Part shown: piece by piece, positions 55,715 through 56,472 of the stretch
Numbering within the stretch: the stretch's first letter is position 1
How the letters are laid out: each line of letters opens with the position of its first letter
From: a virus
Lineage: Duplodnaviria > Caudoviricetes
Direction: 5' to 3' (one strand)
Length of the DNA stretch: 56,472 bases
Virus record (IMG/VR): IMGVR_UViG_3300032006_000007
Location: 1-56,472 of that record
Made by a program: the position numbers and the translations under genes
The notes under the pieces: model-generated
Seen by the model: only the letters and a program-made list of their open reading frames with translations
Database searches by the model: none
What the model was told of the DNA's origin: nothing

Positions 55715-56353
55715 ATGGCAAAATCTAAAATCGGTCTACTTGGTCGCATAGTGGTAAAAGCCGTACGTATTAGCACTAGTATTAATGAACGTGCTATGAA
55801 CCACTACATACAAGCCATTAAGACCACAACAAAAGCCACAAACAAAACAAAGAGAATGCAAAAATTCCCAAAGAAAAGAGAATACACATCTATGCCTGTA
55901 TTAGCAAATACATTCTATGTATTGCACTCAGTAGGCATGGATAAACACTCTAGCGTACTCTTGACAGGTATAGAACAAAGCGTATTCTATACTAAAGCAG
56001 GTAATGTAAGAAAACAATTCTCACAATACCTAACTCAAGAGAAGGAAAATCAAACCAAATATGGTCACAACCTCTTTGTATTTGCTGACAAAATCGAGAA
56101 ATTAATACCAGTTCTCGAGAAGAAAACAGGCTTCACATTTGGTGGACATTTCAAGATGTCTAAAAATTCCAAAGGTGAAACAACCTTTTCTTTTTTTTCA
56201 TTATCTATTCATAACCAAACAAGTTTGGTAGATACAAGACAGAATGTAGAACGACAAAACTGCAATCAATCGAGAGGTAGGGATAACAACCACGACTCAA
56301 AATCAACTGAGGCAAAAGCCCGACATACGATGTCAGAAGGTGGTATAGTATGA
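55715..56353 (+). CDS. basic hypothetical protein
   Basis: 212 aa; CTTATAT about 25 nt upstream; A/C-rich codon use. Confidence 0.65.
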   Translation: MAKSKIGLLGRIVVKAVRISTSINERAMNHYIQAIKTTTKATNKTKRMQKFPKKREYTSMPVLANTFYVLHSVGMDKHSSVLLTGIEQSVFYTKAGNVRKQFSQYLTQEKENQTKYGHNLFVFADKIEKLIPVLEKKTGFTFGGHFKMSKNSKGETTFSFFSLSIHNQTSLVDTRQNVERQNCNQSRGRDNNHDSKSTEAKARHTMSEGGIV

Positions 56354-56472
56354 CGACAAAAGAAGATATGGCTAAAGAGATAGCCGATTTGAAGGCTCAG
56401 TTATCAGCTAAAGAATCCAAGAAGGGTAAAACTGGTTTAACAGTTTCATCTCAAAGGAAGATTAGCAAGACA
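56350..56472 (+). CDS. hypothetical protein, 3'-truncated by window edge
   Basis: ATGA overlap, AGGTGG upstream; MTTKEDMAKEIADLKAQLS... stays open to the end. Confidence 0.65.
   Translation, partial: MTTKEDMAKEIADLKAQLSAKESKKGKTGLTVSSQRKISKT

Overview
The window reads as a large piece, possibly most, of the genome of an AT-rich tailed archaeal virus (Caudoviricetes, long non-contractile tail inferred). The host is most likely a marine ammonia-oxidising archaeon (Nitrososphaeria/Thaumarchaeota). That is inferred from the archaeal MCM, RadA, Hjc-like and Cas4 genes, the TATA-box leaderless promoters and several thaumarchaeal-style small proteins; it is not database-confirmed. Layout: (i) 1-10 kb, a plus-strand, translationally coupled array of mostly small genes including a GHKL/rIIA-like ATPase, GP88-like protein, wHTH regulator, C5 methyltransferase and many Zn-finger microproteins; (ii) 10-25 kb, minus-strand replication/recombination/packaging genes (nucleases, RadA, MCM, metallophosphoesterase, RNase H, TerL/TerS, TGT/DpdA-like protein, Cas4); (iii) 25-54 kb, a minus-strand virion module (modular adhesin/fibre cassette, baseplate, tape measure, tail chaperone with a -1 frameshift, tail tube, neck, major capsid, protease/scaffold, portal); (iv) 54-56.5 kb, plus-strand small genes. 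I saw no DNA polymerase, primase, integrase, reverse transcriptase, tRNA, CRISPR array or amoC. Most notable: a tail-adhesin cassette whose small scaffold domain is split across adjacent genes twice; a terminase-linked TGT/DpdA-like protein lacking the DSG motif; apparent CCWGG/GGCC avoidance; three intergenic stem-loops sharing a GTAG..CTAC closing stem; an unlisted metallothionein-like gene; and genes apparently starting at ATT/ATA. All product calls come from motif recognition by eye.
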